64,000 nt of DNA from the NCBI GenBank assembly GCA_050084515.1, contig CM114271.1:13206001-13270000 (forward strand), read 5' to 3'. Every line of letters starts with the position of its first letter. Position 1 is the stretch's first letter. Both the position numbers and the translations under genes were made by a program. Source of the DNA: Blasia pusilla. Its lineage: Eukaryota. Below, one piece after another: positions 12,891 to 25,937 of this stretch. The notes beneath the pieces are model-generated. The model saw nothing but the letters and a program-made list of their open reading frames with translations. It did not search any database and was not told the DNA's origin.

Positions 12891-15025
12891 AAGGCCATAA
12901 TAACCCGAAGTTCTAAACCTCGTCCAAAAGAAGTAAACGCGGAAACTGGCGGAAACAACGGGCACCAAGCAAAGGAAACAACAGGCGCCACCAACATTAA
13001 CAATAAACCTGCGAAATAGTAAACCTGTGAAACAAACAAATGCGCCAATGAACATGCCAGACAGACAACACGGGAAGACTCAACAGCGAGGCGACTGAAC
13101 ACGACCACTAAAACAACCATCAGAATGGCCAAAATGCCAAAATCAGACCTGTTATAATCGCTGGAAGTTGTGTCTGCCAAATAAAAAATTCAGGAATTGG
13201 CCTTGTTTTGGTGCCCCCACAAAAATTATTCAAATGCATTCAAACACGGGTCCATGCGTCCATGCATTCATGCAACCAGGGCTGGCGTCATCATGGAAAT
13301 GGACAAGATACCATCCTATCTCACATGACATCCCGTATGAACTCATCCATGCATTCATGTGGACGTGAATGCATGAAATCGATGGCGATCAATGGATCCG
13401 ATGTGGTCATATGCGCTAGGCATTCATAGTAGCCAACGCAGGGGGTACCCCCAGGTATGGAGAACCCCCAACCATATATGGCGCCACGGTATTTATTGGG
13501 CGGCCTGGTAAGGTGTTCTCCGGCCGAGATTACTAAGTTGGGTGGCGAAGAGGTGTTAATGTCGAGGCTACATTATCTAAAGCAAGGCCAAGAGCAGTAG
13601 TGTTAAAGGAAGCCACGATTACCAAAGCATACGCTCGCAAGCAAAACCACTACCAACAAAGTCATTTCATCGTTTACTTACTTTACTCATTGGCTTGTTA
13701 CCCAAATCCTCCCCCAAATAAGGACTAGCATAACCAAAATTTGCACCTAGAAATACATCATGTTAGCTCTTGTGCTTAGGTGACATGAGTAGGCACTAGA
13801 GGAGGGCAAAAAGTGTCGGTGTCAACATGGGAGGAAGGGTTCTTCAAATTCCATCCTCTTTAATTATATAGATGATATTGGTACTTTTGTGCCATCTATA
13901 CTAATAGGAGATGTGGTGGCTATCACAATTTTGAGTAGGAGACACTCATCTCTTGATAATCATTGGCAATTTTTACCATATAGGCTTGCAACCTGAATTT
14001 TCATACCTTAGGCCATTCACAGTTGGGTATGAGGGTCTCTCAAATTATTGGGTCATATATTGTAGGGTAACGTTGGATAATTTAAATCTATAATATCACT
14101 GGCAAAGCCCTCTTCCAGAGCACACACTTTGGCTTCCAACGTTTTTTAGTCAAACTTCGCTAGGTTTTGACATTTATCCCTTGCGAGTTGCAATTTAGGG
14201 TAAATCCAATTAAGTTACCGCTCTATTTGCCATAGGTAAGTTTCTTGCATTTCAATTTCAAAACCAAAATTTTTGGCAGTTATAACGTTGATGAAATCTC
14301 TATCGTTGATGTTTTGTCGCGGCCTTTGTTCTCTCTATATCGCCTTAGGGTATTTTACCAAGAGGGCCACTCAAGGGTGTATATGTAATTCACTATTAAC
14401 CTTACTAGTCGACTTATTTTTTGAAGGTGCCAGCTTTCTGACAACTCATACAAACATTACAATGTTGGTGAGGCTTGGATCTTCTTTATTAGATGCAATT
14501 CTGATCTAATAGTAGCATGGGTACTCCATAGCTAATCCATTGAGTTTTTTTTTATTACTGCATGTTGGAGTTTCTTCTTAACAATGGTCATTCGTTGAGC
14601 ATTTATAACTATTGTTCTATATCTACTCTAAGCATTTGATTACTATTGTTTTATCTATATCGTGGGCCTTTGTAAATGCTATTTGTTCTATCTGTACTCC
14701 AAGGTCTGTATAAGAGATGTAAGATGTGTGTATTTCTAACTACTGAACTATTTTGCAAAGTTTGAATTGATTCCAACTCTACTCCAAGCTCTACATCAAG
14801 GTAGGGTCCAAGCGTCACTTAGTAGCTCCTTTACAACTTCTCTATTGCTCATTGGCTGCTCCTTGCTACTTCTTTGGTGTTGCATGACATATTGCTCCTT
14901 AGTTGTTGCTACACTAGCACAGATTTCAAAAACTTAACATTGCTAAGTGCACATTACTTAGTCTGCAGATTGGAAACATGAGTAGAAAATGATGGTAAGA
15001 AGAACAACCACAAAATCAAAGGAAG

Positions 15026-15120
15026 CACTAGAAGAAAGCTTTGGTTTTATGACTAGGTTATATGACTCATACGAGTCATACTTTACATTCCACGACTCGC
15101 AATAATTGACAACTTAAGGA
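15026..15120. mobile_element. CACTA/EnSpm terminus fragment
   Basis: CACTAGAAGAAA followed by ATGACT/GAGTCAT subterminal motifs as at 25938. Confidence 0.55.
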
Positions 15121-16390
15121 AGGGGAAAGAAGTGACCATCCTTAACTCTTCCATCTTTGATAGGGAAAAACTATGGAGAAAAATCACATGATATGTTGCA
15201 TTATTATCCTAATGGTCCAGCCATCTAGCAAGACAAGATGGTGTTGTTAAGTTTGGCCCCAATCTTGAGAGAGAAAATCAACGAAGAATCAAAATGCAAA
15301 GAGACTCCAATCTAGGGAATGAGGTTAAGGTATTCTCGTTAGAGTACATCCCTTTCAAGATGCATGCAACAATTAACTACTTGAAACGGATGCTAAGATT
15401 GAGCACGTCAGTTACACTCCACTTAAAAATCCAAGATCAAACCCTAAGTATTTCTTTAGGCCTAATAGACCATCAACGAGAAAATAATTCAAACAACCAC
15501 ACTCTCATACTCCACCATACAAAGGGAGGAAGCCTAGATCAAAATTTGGGCCTAAGTGTACATCAAAAAACTGCCCAAAGGCTTGAAAGTATTACCAAAC
15601 ATGCGTCTTCAAAGGAAGAGGATGTGGAAACCCCGATTAATCCAGAAACAGAAACCAAAGCTACCCTCAAAGAAAGATGATGAAGATAGGCCAGAGACGT
15701 CGTTGCATATTAGTAAACATCTAAATTTTGGTGTAACGTGCAGCTCCACTATGAGAGCAAACGAGGAAAAATGAATGGAATTTTGATAGTGTAGTCCAAA
15801 TGCATCTCCAATCAAAAGCCCTCTATTCTTCTTATGTGCATGCAAATCTAAACTCCAAATCTATAAAGCCCCTTTCAATTCTCTTAAGGAAGCCTAAGAA
15901 ATATTTCAAGGAAGATTGGATCAGCTTTCCCACCTTGTCTACAAATTTCAGTAGATATTGCTTCTCCACCCGGTTTTGAAATTTTGGTAGATATTGCTAC
16001 TCCACCCGCCTTATAGATTAAATTGAATACAAAAACACGATTTCTCCTTCTGTACACATTGCACAATCGAGGCCACAAAAAAATTTTGATCCTCCTTGCC
16101 CATTAACACATTCCTATCCTACTTTGCCAAATGGACAAGAGCAACGATAGCCAAGATAGTGCGGTTATGGAATAGACCACGAGAGAACAACAATAGTCAA
16201 CATATTCAACAAGTTTCAAACCAAATTAGAAAAGAGTCACACATCACATGGAAAGTAAACCAACTACATGAAATCCTTCATGCAAGTTCAATAATGCCCA
16301 ATATTTGATGAGTAAGAAAGGTAAATTAGCTACACAAAATTAAATTAGCAGCACGACATCAATAGTGATCGCGATTGAGAGGACACCACC

Positions 16391-19300
16391 AGAGAGAGAG
16401 AAAGAGACTGTACTCATTAAGTAGTGCCTGTTGTAGCCTTGTGACCATAGACCCCGCGCCTTGGTTGGACGGTGCTTGAGACTGGGATGGGTGTAGAGAG
16501 AGAAGCAAGTGAAGAAGGTACCATATGAGAGGAGGGAGACACTCTCATATAGTGTGAGTGCTAACCAAACAACTTGTTTGTGCGGAGCTTCCAAGTGTCA
16601 ACCAAGAAACTCTTCACCACACAATCTACTTTACCTGATTGGGATCCCCAATAGACATTACTTACCAGTGCAGTAGCTTTGGGAAATGAATCAAGGCTAT
16701 TGAATGTGTTGAACAATTCTGGTGCTACCAGCTTAGCAATATCAGCATATGCTCTTGCTCTATGTGTTGTGAATTTTGCGCACGAGACCAAGGAATGACT
16801 AGAGGTTTCGTCCCCATTGTCACACAAGGCGCAAGAATTTAGTTGTGTTCCCATCCTGCTTTTCTTATGGTTCAAGGGGATTGCCCCGTCTTGAACTTGA
16901 ACTTGAGCCGGGTTCCCAAGAAAGGGTTCCCGCAAATAGTTCTTGATTCGCCCTCTCGGGATATACCGTCAAAAGAGAGAGGTCGAGACATTTTTGTGGC
17001 TTCCTCCATCTTTATTCTGCTTTGTGAGCGTTTGCCCACTTTGGTTTGGTTATGGTATCCACGAATGCTTTCTTATCTTGCTCCCCTTTGTTCAGGCCCC
17101 GGGAGCTTGGATGCTTGCACAACCTCTTGAACCTTTTTCGCCCAAGATTTGGCTTGCTTTACGGGTCTTCTTTGGGTCAGGTTTTCCCCATCACCTCTTT
17201 AGGATAGCGATGGGAGTCCATTGTCTCCAGCTGCCTCCGCCATTTCAACTTGGCGATGTCACGTCTATCCTCCAAGGGTTCCACACCTAGTTCGATCTCA
17301 CACCAACGCGGGTTGTTCGTGATGAAGTTGACATCATACCGAAACGCCTTGAGTTGCACGACTTCAAGCCTATCCCTTTGTTTGGTGTTGGCATCCCACA
17401 CTGCTACCCGTATTCCAGCGAGGACAAATGGTATGCAAAATGACAGAGCGCTTTACTTACGATGTGATATCTCGGCATCAGAGGAATCGGGACCAGACCG
17501 TTCACCTTCTTGTGGCCTTTCTCATTAGTCTTCTTGATGTGTGCATCCCACATGCAATCTTCCGAGAATTCTATGCCCAGATAGGTGTAGGTAGCCACAC
17601 GGGGGATCTCTTGGTCATCCTAGTACCACTGTTGGTCTTGGTCCTCCTCCTTGCCATTGAAAATCATCACACCGCACTTCAGTACATTTGCCTCCATGCC
17701 CCACATGTCACACCAGATTTTGGTCAGGGAGATCATCTCTTGGAGTTTCTCTCCTGTTTCCTCGAGGCCACCAAAGTCATCAACAAACATGAGGGAAACA
17801 ATAGAGTTGTTGCCCACCCGTATGCCTAGTCCACTATCCTCCATTTCTTCCAATAGGGAATTCACGAAAATGTTGAAGAGGGTGGGGGAGAGCGGGCATC
17901 CTTGACCCACTCCTTGCTTGATGTCGAATGTCCCACTCTTTTGGCCATTCACTAGAACTCTACTCCTTGTGTTCTGGTACATCTTCTCCACCACCCTCCA
18001 TATTTTCCCTCTCAGCCCCGCCTTCCACAGGCTATAAGAAAGTCCGTCACGCCATACAGTGTCGTATGCCTTCTTGAGGTCCAAGAAGAAGCAATAGGTG
18101 GGTTTCCCCTCTTTTTTCCTACCCAGGATGATCTGACTGAAGGTGAAGATGTGGTCTACGCATCCTCGGGCTTGCCAGAAGCCAGCCTGGCCTTCCTTGA
18201 TGACAAAATTCTCCTCCAGGTACATAGAGATCCTATTGTCGAGTATCTGACGGAGGAGGAGCTTCCGACTACACTCAAGCAATGTAATACCCTGTAGTTT
18301 CCACGGTCTTCTCGCTCACCCTTCTTGAAGAGATTCACGATGACTCCCATCCGCCATCTTTGTGGGATGACTTACGCCCCTTGAGACCAGGTTGAAGAGA
18401 CTCACTAGAGAACGAGCCATAGCAAAGATCGCCATACTTCACAAGCTCATTCACAAGCTCATCACCACCGCCTGCTTTGTGGTTCACAAGTTCTTTGATC
18501 GCTGCTCCCACCTCAGCCAGGGAGAACCAATCATTATATGGGTTGCCCAGCTCAACCTCATCATCTACCTTCTCCCGTTGTATCTTAACAAAATCCTCCA
18601 CCACCCTCTCAAGTTACGCTCTTCAAGGGATGTCCGAGAAGGCTTCTGCCTAACTCCTTGTAATGGCCTTCCAACACATGTCGGATCTGTTTAGCTGTGG
18701 TCACCATTCCACCATCTTTTCTCTTCAAGGCCTTTACGTCGTTTCTGTCCCTGGCCTTGCTCAATTTCTGCACTTCCATCCATAACTTTTTCTGATTCTT
18801 AGTGAAATTCTCATTGATGGATGAGTATGTGGCTTGGTTCATTTTCTTCTTGTGCATGCGCACGAGAAGACGGGTTTCCTTGCGTAGGAACACATACTGT
18901 GCCCACAAGGATGCATCGTCCCTGGCTTTGGCACTTGTGACATACGCTTCCCTTTGTTTGGCAATGGCTGCCTTGAGTTCCAAGGACCACCATTTGACGG
19001 CTCTGCCGCATATTATCAATTTCCTGCCGACAGCAATCTCGGCGGCATCTGTCACTCCACGCTCCCATCATGCCAGCACCATGTCCACAGTTGTTCTTGT
19101 GAACCCAAAGGTCTTGACGGTAGATTCAATGAAAGTGTCAAATGCCAAGAGATTTTCTTCCAGCTTGCCAATGTACACCTTCTTTTTGCCCTCATCTTGG
19201 AAGTCCTCTATCCTCCATTTCTTGATCACCCTCTTCACTTTGGTTTGGTCGAGCATTTTAGCCTTTCTTTGCAACTCTGTCGGACTAATGAATGATCTGA

Positions 19301-21201
19301 TCTTCCAATGTCTGTCGCATCCCATTGTGATCTTCCCACTGCGTGTGTAGAGTTCCTCATCCACGCCTATGTAGTCCACAATGGAGCTCTCATTCTCCTT
19401 GAATTTGACCCTAGTCCAAGCGGGGATCCCACCTTATGCCTATCATTAAGTGCCATCAGTTGAAGTTCCCTCAACATCGTGATCAGCCGTGTGCCATTGC
19501 CATTCACTCTCACATCTCCAAACATTCCGATCTACGGTTGGGGATCGGTGCCTTGCCCCCCCAGGTTGTTGAAGTCTCCAGCAAGACTATGTTCCCCTTT
19601 GTCCGGAACCCAAGGCAATCAGTTTTCACACTATCAAACGCCTCATTCAGTTGAAAGAAGATTCACTTGTTTGTAGGCATGTAAATACACCCGATATACA
19701 TATCCCATGAGTTGCACGGCTCGAGCTTTGACCCATATCTTTGTGTTCATACTCGAGCCCTGTGGCCGATGATCTCTGGCTGCCCACCATGAAGTCTCGA
19801 TGAAGAACCCGACACCCTTCATACCTCTGTTGTTGTTCGCCCGGGTCTTGCACATCTTTCCAAACCATGCATAGTGTGGTACATGGGGTATCTCCATTAA
19901 CTTGGTTTCCCAAGTTTCTGACCGCATATATGTATTTGATTTTTCAGCAAAACTTCAGCAACCTCCAACCGCTTCATTGCATGGGTGAGTCCACGAAGTT
20001 CAGTACCCAAACGGAGACTGTCACTAAGTGGGTTGGGATCGGCGGCACGCTTTTTGGCGTCGGTGTGGTGCTAGCGACATGGAACCTCTTCATGTGGAGG
20101 CTCTTCATCGCTGGTCCCTTGGAGAACACTAAAGACATTAGGTGTGTAGATCACCAGCGGTTTTGTGGAGATGGGCCTTTCCTTCAAGCTGGAACCACCC
20201 TCGACTACCATAGCCCTCCGTTTGTAGGCACGTCTCAAATCTTGAGACACCTGGTTTTTGTGGCAAGCCAAGTATTGGCCTCCTCGCCCTTGATAGACGC
20301 CTTGAAGATACATTGATTGCCGTTCGTCATCCGAGTAACCCCAAGAATAGCAGTGAATTCAAAGCCCAAAGCTGCGACATGATCTTAAATGAGACAAAGT
20401 CTCTTGTGGGGGCGTACACGAAAATGATCATGTGGAACCGTGGTCTCCTCCTTGAGACCAGATTGAACTCACCGCCCACGTCCGAACTCCGGGGGCCTTT
20501 GAGCGTCTCACATAAATATGCGGTATTCCCCACCCGGCTTGGGGATGTTGGGCTTTGGTATGCGCCTTTGATAGGTGAACTGATACTCCTCACAAGCTTG
20601 GGAGGACGGAGATATGTTGGACTCAAGGCCGCTGATTATATGTAGAGGTTTGGCAAACAAGCCGGGAAGATGTAGGATCTGGGAAGAATGTTTAAGCTCC
20701 TAGCCGAGAGTCCAAACAGGGACTCAGCTTCAAAAGAAGGAGAGGTCTCCATTTCTCCAACTGTCCCTTTGTGTGGAGGGGCTGCCCCAGCGGCGGGGTG
20801 CCCAAAGAGAGCCCGCTTGTTACCCCCAGAGATCATCACTACCGCCAAGGTGAACCACTGGCATTAAGGCTGCAGAGGAGGGCCCGTGAATCCGGCTTCA
20901 AAAGAAGGAGAGGTCTCCATTTCTCCAACTAAGTCCATGGACACCTTACTTGTGGCACAAGCGCCACAAGTCCCATGGATTACATGACACACTAATCCAC
21001 ACCTACCAACCAGGGAACGACATCGCAAGCTCACTACTGAGTTCCAACTACAAAAGAATGGACAACTCGGCGAGCGAGAGTATTGCTATATTGCTTGCAC
21101 GTGGTTCACTCATTATAAGCTACCCAGGAGCGGTTTTTAGAACATGTCGTCCCAACATACCAGGCTGTCGGGACTTGTAGTTTTGGGGTTTAAACCCAAC
21201 C
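16391..21201 (-). mobile_element. RTE/RTEX-like LINE copy 1, near full length
   Basis: Decayed ORF1 region, APE, RT and C-terminal Zn ribbon; short (TC)n at 3' end and long (TC)n at 5' end. Confidence 0.9.
16561..20040 (-). pseudogene. LINE ORF2 (APE endonuclease-RT-CCHC)
   Basis: ETWE, GVGFF, DYIGVD (APE); NYR, FLDLKKAYDTVWRDGL, QGCPLSPTLFNIFVN, LMFVDD (RT); CALCD..ETSSHSLVSC. Confidence 0.9.
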
Positions 21202-21420
<219 letters not shown>

Positions 21421-21799
21421 GCCTCACTAACAAGAGGTCACAAGTTGAGTTTGAGCTACCATGGAGACAACAAGTCGAGAGCTCTTGAATGCGGACTCTA
21501 CTCTACTAAGGCAAGGCTATCAAATTCTTGACGTCATTGATTAGCTAGAGTAGGATAGAAAGAATTGGATTAGCCCAATCCTACTTTTTTCCATACACCA
21601 CAGTTCCCCACAGATTAGCAAATGGCTACAAACTCAAACAAAACTCATTTTTTCCCTCATCCGCAAACCCCCCTAGTATAAGAGCATGAAAGATATTAAA
21701 GTTGATTTAAAGTGATGTATGATTGTCATCAAAACATAGCCTTAGTGGTTGCCAATACTTTTCTTCTATTGATAACTTCTCGAGATATATATGGGTATA

Positions 21800-23234
21800 C
21801 TTTCAAAAGGCCAAGCCAAAAGTATTATCAACGTTCAAAATATTCATAATTCTAGTAGAGAAGTACTAGTTGATTGGGGAATACATTCTTAAATGACGTT
21901 GTGTTAGAGGAGGAATTTATCTCTCAAAAGATTTTGATGATTACTTATGTCAAAATAGTATCCAACGACAAGTCACTTATCATTATATTCCACAACAGAA
22001 TGGAGTGGCCAAGTGGAAGAAACGACATATTGCTGAAGCGACACATGTTATGTTGAATGAGAAGAACATATCTAAGGTGGACTGGACACACGCTATAACA
22101 TGTGCAATCCTCTTATTCAACCAAACTCGAAAAGTAGGATTTCATGATAAGACTTGATTCAAAGTCCCCACAAGAAATAAACATGATTTTTCATTCTTAA
22201 AAGTCTTTGGTTACTTCTATTACGCTCGTGTCAAAAATTAGATCCCAAATATGAGAGATATATCTTCATTAGCTACGTTTATGAAATTAAGGGATATAAG
22301 TGTTATATTCCATGCTTTCTACAAGATGGAATGTAGCACTTATTTCCCTTATGGATGATATAATATAGCACTTGTATCCCTTATTATTTATCGCGATGTT
22401 ATTTTTATGAGTTGAAGTCTGGTATGCTCCATTTGAACATATTCCACCTCTAAACGTGTATGTTGAGGGGAAGAATGTGACTATAGATCAATAGATATTT
22501 CTGCAGACTTCCCCAAGTATTAGTGTGGGGTTAGAAGAAGTCCTAGAATCTTCAGTTAAATCTATTCATCCATAGTCGGATAGAGGACATATTCCTTCTT
22601 CTAACACTAGTTAGAGCTCAAGAAAGATGTGAGAGGTATCCACCTCTAAACAATAACTTCATAGATCAAGCAAAGTCACACATCTTATTCATAGATTCAT
22701 AAATAAAAAATTTCTTGCAACATATCATGCATATATAATGATTGATTTTCAAGAACATAAACTGAGTTGTTTTGAAGAAGTTGCATGTAAGGTCGAATAG
22801 ATTTAAGTTATGGAGGAAGAGATTAATACGTTAAGACATCAACAGACTTTGGAGCTAGTTGATATATCTTTCGATAAGGAAGCCATTGGTTATAAATCGG
22901 TGTACAAAGTCAAGAGCAATATACAAAGAATAGTTTGAAAGCAAAATTGCTAGCCAAGGGCTATGCACAACAATATGGCATTGAAGGAGAACTAGAAGGA
23001 GAGATTTAGCCCTATTATATAGATGGCAACTACAAGAATAGTGGTTGCAATTGTAGTGAGTAAGAAGTGGCCAATATATCACATGGACGTTAAGAATACC
23101 TTCTTGAATGGAGATCTACATGAGAGGTTCCATTTTACGTATGCAAATTAACGAAATCTATACATGAGCTTAAACAAGCTCCAAGAGCTTTGTATGGCAA
23201 GATTACCTACGTCCAATGGGAGCTTGGCTTCAGG
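21800..23234 (+). mobile_element. Ty1/Copia pol remnant (integrase to RT)
   Basis: [46 protein letters not shown]; cut at 23235 by another element. Confidence 0.85.
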
Positions 23235-25168
23235 TGTCGTGCGCCTACTCTCTTGGATCACGTTTGGGTTTTGAGTTCCAACGCCAGACTCCCGTTCCAT
23301 CCCATGCCCTCGAGACGCCGTTTGGTGCTCAAAGTGGGGTTTGTGTTCCAAGACTCCTTGGAGAGACTCCCCCTTACTAGTACTTATGGAAATCCCCGCC
23401 CTCCCCCTAACTTTAGGGAAAAACAGTCGGGCCGCTCAGATTTGGCCCTCGACTCGATTGCTCTCACAGTTGGTTTTGGCCAATATCTCAGCATGTACTT
23501 ATCCATTTTTCTGAGCTCTTTGGTGCGTTGGAAGCGTCTAGGGATAAGCTTTCCAATGCATTTTATTTCTTCCAAATGCATCTTGGAACTAAACGTTGTG
23601 GTCCAAAACATAAGCAAATTCCCCAAATGCTAGTTGTGTTCCAAAACCGGTTCTCACCTCTTTGGCAACCAACTTTCCAAGACTCAACTCATCTCATGTC
23701 TTGGTTCACGTTTGGTCTAGGTTTCCTAGTTGCTACCACTAACGCATGAAACACACAACTCTATTCCGTGATTCGTCTCTTGGACTTTTCCAAGAGACCT
23801 TTCCAAAAGCCTCTCCAAAGCGCGGTCACTGGAGGGTGAGTCCACTAGAGTTCTGATGTTCCGCTTGGCGCCTATTTCATTTTTGTTAGGTTATGAGGTT
23901 ACACTTAATCTATTGATTTGCACTCAAACACCATCTCATTAGTCTTGGTTTAAGTCAACCAGCCTCCAAACTCTCTCAGTTCTCAACTCGAGCCATTCAT
24001 CAAGCTCCATAGGTCCTAACCATTGACGTTAGGGCGGGCCCAAATGTTAGTACTTCAACACTTGGTCCTGATCTAGATGCCTTATCCAAATACAAGCTCT
24101 CACCTCAAATACTCATTGTTTCTCCTACTTAACCTACATCCTAAGCATATGAAGAACTACTCATTGCCATGCACTACCAAACTCAAAATCACAATCACTA
24201 GCATCCAATCTCCAAATTAATCCATGCATTCTTTATTGCAAAAACTAAAATTTTCTTGTTACAACGGCTTTTTGGCCCAAGCTTCCTAGTCACAAGTTAT
24301 GTCCTTTGCTTCATGATGTACTAACGTATGTGCCTATCTTGCATCCATTTAAAGTCTCGCAACGCCTCTTGCGCGTGTTCAAGATCTGACTCCGCAATCC
24401 AAGTCGCCTCTTTCACATGGTAGCCTTTACACTTGACCAAGTACTCGTACCTGGTGGCTCTATGTCTAGAACGCATAGTGGTCTCCACCTCAAACTCTGG
24501 TTCCTCATTTCTGATTATCGGTTGTGGTCTCAACACAATCCTTCATTCCACACGCACATTATCTTGAAGTCACTTCTTCAATAATCACACATGGAAAGTC
24601 GGATGAATCTTGAACTTGTTTGGCAGCTCCAAAGTATACACATCCTCAAACGGCTTTTCCTTGATCATATACGGTCCAACATACTTGGCTAATAATTTCG
24701 TGGATAATTCCTTCAGAAGAGTGAGATTCTTTACACTCAACCACACTTATTCCCCAACTTGGAAACTCACTTGTTGCCAACTTTTGTTAGCATGCTTCAA
24801 GTACCTTAATTAGTTGAGCCTTGGCAAGACTTCTTCTCGCTCGCTTGTGTCGTTCCTGCATTTCCACTAACAAACATTTCGTAGTTGCTTTACATGTGTG
24901 TGCCGATGTAGCGCCGTTTGAAAGGGCCAAGTCAAGAGCCCCTTTTGGTTCTCTTTGATACACCAGAAGAAATAGAGATTCTTCATGCTTGGTGGAGTTG
25001 TAACACTACTCATCCACACTTAGTCACTTTGCCCAATCTCGTTGGTCCGCACTAACGTAATTCCTTAAGTACTTGTTCACGACCGAGTTTACTTTTTCCG
25101 TTTGCCCATCTGTTTGAGGATGGAAGGCCGTACTAAAGCTGAGTTTGATCCTCAACCTCCTAAATAGA
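23235..25168 (-). mobile_element. 3' part of a chromovirus Gypsy (integrase end, GPY/F, chromodomain, 3' terminal region)
   Basis: [29 protein letters not shown], chromodomain EFEVE...YLVKCKGY..ATW at 24321-24536; minus-strand end ...GCGCACGACA at 23235. Confidence 0.85.
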
Positions 25169-25937
25169 TGTAATGCCCACGTTTATGAAATTTTGAGAGA
25201 AAGATCAATTTTTGTACAGAAGTCTTCGTTTAGCAAGGACTAAAGACTCAATACGGGAAGTAAAGAGTCTTACTTTATTGAAATTGTGTGAAAACCTTGA
25301 TTGAAAAAACTTTGATGAGAGGACATGAGATGTTAGAAGATCAGGGACTGTCTTGGAAGAGTGAGAATTGTGTAAAAGAAGGAAAAGATAGGGAAAGAAG
25401 TTAGAAGAGGAAGCGCAGGTGCTTCGCAAGAAAGACCGCAGTAAGAACAATGTAAAAGACTGTCAATGAAGACTGGGAAAAGCTTATTTGTAAAGAAGAA
25501 TGAAGGTAGTGTTTGTGCAAAGACTGGGTACAAAGAACGAAGAGCAAAGACTAAGAACTCAAAGAAGGAAGAGGAAGAGGTCAAAGAGTCTTCACAAAAG
25601 TGGGAAGGTGTATTAAGGATAGGAATAGAAAGATAGGAAAATGCTTTGAAGGCAGCGGATTGAAAGAAAGTATAAAGGAGGACTCTTTGCAATGACAGAA
25701 GGATAAGAGTCTTTGTGCAAAGATAGGATAGCAAAAGATAAAGACTAAAAAGATTGCGAAGAGCACGAAGACTGTGAAGACTTAATCATCGCGGTGGTTT
25801 TGAAAGCCGGAAATGGAGCGGCACAGAAGTTTAAAGGGAGCGGAAATGGAATGCCAAGACAACCAACCGTCTTGGGAAGATGGAGGGTTGGAGAATCTGA
25901 ATGGAGTAGGTTAGGATTACAGTTAGGATTCTAGATT
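25169..25937 (+). repeat. Partial LTR of the Athila-like family
   Basis: Begins TGTAATGCCCACGTTTATGAAATTTTG, matching the reverse complement of the LTR end at 59136; truncated by CACTA terminus. Confidence 0.8.

Noticed and set aside
13700-15900. Possible gag/protease traces
   Set aside because: Too degenerate to assign
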